From Leptonemataceae bacterium (GTDB taxonomy: Bacteria > Spirochaetota > Leptospiria > Leptospirales > Leptonemataceae): 64,000 bases of DNA. The notes under the pieces were generated by a model. The model was given only the letters and a program-made list of their open reading frames with translations, made no database searches and was not told the DNA's origin. Position 1 is the stretch's first letter. Every line of letters begins with the position of its first letter. The position numbers and the translations under genes were made by a program. This document shows positions 59,989 through 64,000 of the stretch, one piece after another. Location of the stretch: positions 5,376,001 through 5,440,000 of the forward strand of contig OZ245742.1 in the NCBI GenBank assembly GCA_965227295.1, written 5' to 3'.

Positions 59989-60999
59989 TTACGGAACGAA
60001 TCGGCCGAGGACGCGCCGTAAGAATTCCTCGCCGCGTCCGTGACGAATGCGCAGCTCCATTTCGAGGACGTGCAACCGGGAGCGCCAGTCCGGGTTCTCG
60101 TCGCGGCGCAAAAGATCGTCGATACGCACGAAGTCCTTCGCCGTCGTAATCCAGGGCAGCTCCGGCGGATCGGCAAAGAGCCGGTCCAGGTCTCGCCGCG
60201 CATAGAAATGATGATCGGGAAAACTGCGGCGCTCTGTTAATATGATTCCATATGTACTTAAAGAATTAAAAAAGGCCTCCGGATTGCCGATGCCGCAGAA
60301 GGCTCCGGCCGGAGTCCCGGCGGTGAGCGGCGGTTCAATGGAACGCGGGGCGTGTTCGGCCTCGTAGATTGTTGCATGGGCATGCGCAGCCAGGGCTTCG
60401 TGCCAGGCCTTCAGCAACTCATCGCCGGCCAGGTTCGCCCTCGTCAGTAAGATCGTATCCGCGCGAGTTAAGGCATCGAGGCGTTCCCTGAAGCGGCCCG
60501 CGGGAAAGACCCGCACGCGCTCCGGCGGCACCGTAGCGTCGATCAACACGAGTTCGTGATCGCGATACACCAGGGGATTCTGAAAGGCGTCGTCCAGTAA
60601 AACGCAGTCCGCCGAAGTACCAAAACGTTCGATCAACACGGCCCGCTTCGGACCGGCCGCCACACGCAGCCCCGGCGAACGTGCGAGTAACAACGCTTCG
60701 TCTCCGGCCGTGCGGACATCCGCAAACAGCCGCTCGCCGTCGGAGACCAGGACACCCTCCGGATTCTTTGACGCCGTGGCCCCGTAACCGCGCAGAGCAG
60801 CCAGGGTCGGAATGCCCAGGCGTTCCAGTTCGGCGGCCAACAGTAACGTCGCCGGAGTCTTGCCGGTGCCGCCGGCGGAGATGTTACCGACGGAGACGAC
60901 GTACTTGTGTTCGTAACGCCGCTGATCCCGGAGACGACGGGCGTAGGTACGCCGGTGCAAGAACAGATAGAGTTCCTCAAGCAGGCGCAGAGGATTCAT
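59989..60999 (-). CDS. lpxK: Tetraacyldisaccharide 4'-kinase
   Basis: SVGNI.AGGTGKTP, RGYG, GDE, LDDAFQ, PAGRFRE, FPDHH, TTAKD. Confidence 0.95.
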   Translation of the reverse strand: MNPLRLLEELYLFLHRRTYARRLRDQRRYEHKYVVSVGNISAGGTGKTPATLLLAAELERLGIPTLAALRGYGATASKNPEGVLVSDGERLFADVRTAGDEALLLARSPGLRVAAGPKRAVLIERFGTSADCVLLDDAFQNPLVYRDHELVLIDATVPPERVRVFPAGRFRERLDALTRADTILLTRANLAGDELLKAWHEALAAHAHATIYEAEHAPRSIEPPLTAGTPAGAFCGIGNPEAFFNSLSTYGIILTERRSFPDHHFYARRDLDRLFADPPELPWITTAKDFVRIDDLLRRDENPDWRSRLHVLEMELRIRHGRGEEFLRRVLGRFVP

Positions 61000-61000
61000 C

Positions 61001-62953
61001 TCAGCCTTCCGGGCGGCCGTCGGCGAACTGCATCTCGTAGAGCTTGCGGTAAATTTTACCGTTATCAAGCAATTCTTGATGCGTGCCGCGTTCCACGATG
61101 CGGCCCTGGTCGAGGACGAGGATCTGATCCGAGCGATAGATCGTCGAAAGGCGGTGCGCGATGATGAAGACCGTGCGCCCCTGGAGCAGGCGTTCCACGG
61201 CCTGCTGGACCAACAGCTCGCTCTCGTTGTCCAGGTTCGAGGTGGCCTCGTCGAAAATCAAAACGGGAGGATCCAACAAGAGTGCCCGCGCGATGGCGAG
61301 ACGCTGGCGCTGACCGCCGCTCAACATCACACCACGTTCTCCGATGGGAGTATCGTAGCCTTCGGGAAGTTTTTCGATGAATTCGTGGGCGTTCGCCGCG
61401 CGGGATACTTCCTCGACACGTTCGTTGGAAACATCCGGCCGCGCGTAAGCGATGTTCTCGCGCACGGTGGCGTTGAACATGAACACGTCCTGGCTGACGA
61501 TGCCCACGGCCTTGCGCAAATCGGTGAGTTCGATTTCCCGAATATCGACGCCGTCGATGCTGATGCTGCCGGCGTTTACATCATAGAGACGCGGCAGGAG
61601 GTCCACCAGGGTACTCTTGCCGGCACCGGACGAACCGACAAGGGCGACGCTCCGCCCGCGTTCCACGGAAAAGCTGATGCCTTCGAGAGCCGGGCGCTCG
61701 CTGCCGGGGTATCCAAACGTAACATTATCGTAAGTTACGGACTTACGCACGTCTTTCAGCGGCTTCGGGTTCGGCGCGTTCTCCACGCCCGCCGGCAGGT
61801 CCATCATCTCGAAGATCCGCAGCGCCGCCGCATGGGTCGCGCTGAGCAGGTTGATCATGATCGAAACATGTTTGATAGGCCGCATCACAAACAGCAGCGT
61901 CAGAAAAAAACCGAAGAACTCGCCGCGGTTCAGCGGATTCTCCCGACCGATGGCCATGGTGATTTCGTAAGCGCCCCAGACCAGGAAAGCCGCCACCACG
62001 GCCGTGCCCGTGAACTCGGTGAGCGCCGGACCCACCTGGTGAAAGTAATGTCCCTTAAACGTATGGCTGTAGAGGCGTTCGTTGATTTCGCCGAAGCGAC
62101 GGCGTTCGAAACCTTCCATGGAAAACGCGCGAATCACGCGGATGCCGCCGATGACTTCCTGAATGTGCCCGCTCAGATCGGCCAGCTTCTCCTGTTGTCC
62201 CGTGTAAGCCCGGCGAATGCGCGTGGCGAAGTTGCTCACCGGCACAACGACGATGGGCACGATGAACACCGAGATGAACAGCATCTGCGGTGAAATGTAT
62301 GCGAGCAGGCCCAGGTGCGTAAGGATGTAGAAGATGTTGATCAGCGCCTCGTTGAATTCAACGGAGATGGACTTCGCCACCACCTCGACATCGTTGACGA
62401 TGCGCGACATGACGATGCCCGTGCGTTCTTTCTGAAAGTAATCGATGCCGAGCCGGTTGAGCTGGCGATAGAGGCGCATGCGAATGTCCCGCACGGCGTA
62501 TAAACCGGCGGTGCCGACGAAATAGACCGTGCCGGTGATGCAGACGATCTTCAATAGATAGACAGGAAAAATCGCCAGGCACAACCAGATGATGGCCTCG
62601 CCCGCCGTACTTCCTTCCACCTGGCGATTCAACCAGACTTTTGCGGCGGTGAACTGAGCGCGTAAGACCTCGGTGGATTGGTCCTGCCGGCCCTCGAGAT
62701 AGATCTCGTACTGCTTTTGTTCGTCGTCGCCGATCTCAAAGAGAACCACGGTGCCCTCTTTGCCCATGAGATTGAATATGGGAATGAACGCCGTGAGGGA
62801 AACCAGGTTCGTCAGGGAAACGACGAGCGCCAGCACGAGACCGGCGACGATGCGCAGACGATAATGAAATACGTAAGCGAAGAGCCGGCCGAGGACCCGC
62901 AGCCGGCCCGGATCGTTCTGATCGGCGTCTTTCTTAACATCTTTCTGTGACAT
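61001..62953 (-). CDS. msbA: MsbA-type lipid A ABC exporter
   Basis: TMD plus NBD (GSSGAGKS, LSGGQRQR, DEATS, IAHR); directly upstream of lpxK. Confidence 0.88.
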   Translation of the reverse strand: MSQKDVKKDADQNDPGRLRVLGRLFAYVFHYRLRIVAGLVLALVVSLTNLVSLTAFIPIFNLMGKEGTVVLFEIGDDEQKQYEIYLEGRQDQSTEVLRAQFTAAKVWLNRQVEGSTAGEAIIWLCLAIFPVYLLKIVCITGTVYFVGTAGLYAVRDIRMRLYRQLNRLGIDYFQKERTGIVMSRIVNDVEVVAKSISVEFNEALINIFYILTHLGLLAYISPQMLFISVFIVPIVVVPVSNFATRIRRAYTGQQEKLADLSGHIQEVIGGIRVIRAFSMEGFERRRFGEINERLYSHTFKGHYFHQVGPALTEFTGTAVVAAFLVWGAYEITMAIGRENPLNRGEFFGFFLTLLFVMRPIKHVSIMINLLSATHAAALRIFEMMDLPAGVENAPNPKPLKDVRKSVTYDNVTFGYPGSERPALEGISFSVERGRSVALVGSSGAGKSTLVDLLPRLYDVNAGSISIDGVDIREIELTDLRKAVGIVSQDVFMFNATVRENIAYARPDVSNERVEEVSRAANAHEFIEKLPEGYDTPIGERGVMLSGGQRQRLAIARALLLDPPVLIFDEATSNLDNESELLVQQAVERLLQGRTVFIIAHRLSTIYRSDQILVLDQGRIVERGTHQELLDNGKIYRKLYEMQFADGRPEG

Positions 62954-62954
62954 C

Positions 62955-64000
62955 TTAGAATCGCACGTCACCGATACCGAAGACGAACTCAAAGTCTTCG
63001 TCACCCGGGATGGGCTTGAGAGTCCCACCCCGGTAGTAGAGCTTCTGCGCCAGGAACAAGCGCAACGGGAGCACCGGAATTTGAATGCGCAGACCGAAGC
63101 CCCAGGAGTAGAGCGCCCGATCCAGGGCTACGTTGCGCGAAGACAGCACGGCTCGCTTCGGATTGTTCCAGTCGTAGAGAGACTCGAAGTGATACTCCTG
63201 AGCAAAAAACGTCAGCGGATCCGCGCGGTCAATCTGAAGGGCAATGATCGGGTCGGTGCGGGCCCGGGCCAGGTTCTGGATTTCTTCGTAGTTTTCGGCG
63301 TCATCTTTTAAGTCACCGGTGTACTCGCCCAGGTTGTCGAAAAGCGCGCCGCTATCCAGGAAGGCGACGAGCCAGAGGATCGACGGTTCCACCGGAATCC
63401 GCAGTTCCGTCGAGCCGAGAAGCATGTGATTGCCGCCGTCGCGCCATACGGCAGGATACAGGTTGTCCTGCGGATCGAAACCGCGCAACGTATTGAAGCC
63501 GCCGAGGTACAGGCGGTCTTCCGGTTCAATGAACGGGTTTTTCTCTTTGTCCTGATTGCTGTTAAACGGCGCGGTCTCGTGGGTGAACGTACCTTTGAGG
63601 CGAACTTCCTGTACGACGCGCCAGCGCTTGAGCGTATTAGAACGCAAGAGGCCGAAGAACGTGTAGTCGAACCACCACCAGTAATAGTTGTACGAAGCCG
63701 TGTAGCGGTTGTAATGATCTTCTCCGCCCAGGGCCTGACCGACGATCTCCACGGAGTGATTCGCGCGAAAGCCCTGCGTGGGATTGAAGACGTTGTCGAT
63801 GGTGTTGTAGATGACACCGTTCGTAAGACTGGACTTGAACTGCCAGCCCAGTTCCACTTCCTGCAAGACGGCGTTGTTCGCGAGCGAAGTCGGGCGCGAC
63901 GCCACCGACCAGGACGGGCTGTAAGAATGATAGTGGGCCCAGTTCACCAGGAACGAGTGCGAGGTGCCGATCTCCAGACCGAAACGGTTCCGTTCGAACG
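62955..64000 (-). CDS. bamA: BamA/Omp85 outer-membrane protein, C-terminal part (truncated at window edge)
   Basis: NPTQG, LYLGGFNTLRGF, ELRIP, FLDSG, SWGFGLR, C-terminal F. Confidence 0.85.
   Translation of the reverse strand, partial: FERNRFGLEIGTSHSFLVNWAHYHSYSPSWSVASRPTSLANNAVLQEVELGWQFKSSLTNGVIYNTIDNVFNPTQGFRANHSVEIVGQALGGEDHYNRYTASYNYYWWWFDYTFFGLLRSNTLKRWRVVQEVRLKGTFTHETAPFNSNQDKEKNPFIEPEDRLYLGGFNTLRGFDPQDNLYPAVWRDGGNHMLLGSTELRIPVEPSILWLVAFLDSGALFDNLGEYTGDLKDDAENYEEIQNLARARTDPIIALQIDRADPLTFFAQEYHFESLYDWNNPKRAVLSSRNVALDRALYSWGFGLRIQIPVLPLRLFLAQKLYYRGGTLKPIPGDEDFEFVFGIGDVRF

Overview
Gene-dense, GC-rich chromosomal window, most likely from a Leptospiraceae/Leptospirales spirochaete. This is inferred from the FlaB core flagellin, a FlaA-like sheath domain, DUF1564-like, OmpL47-like, LipL45/FecR-like and Cys-rich lipoproteins, and several STAS proteins. 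About 60 CDS are supported. They include a signalling operon with an ethylene-receptor-like histidine kinase, a partial cytochrome c maturation (ccm) cluster, an Mla/MCE ABC system and an amidoligase/peptidase C26 pair. Also present are thiL, a Fur-family regulator, ligA, a GT-C/GT2-GtrA glycosylation cluster, flaB-fliN, rdgB, comF, a eukaryote-type guaB and the bamA-msbA-lpxK operon. No rRNA, tRNA, CRISPR array or transposase was seen. The most notable feature is a tightly coupled three-gene operon at 56917-59802 (minus strand). It encodes two different, highly diverged Ku-core-like proteins and a stand-alone ATP-dependent DNA ligase with a WGR-like C-terminal domain, which makes it a candidate heterodimeric-Ku end-joining system. 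All family assignments come from visual motif recognition; no database searches were run.
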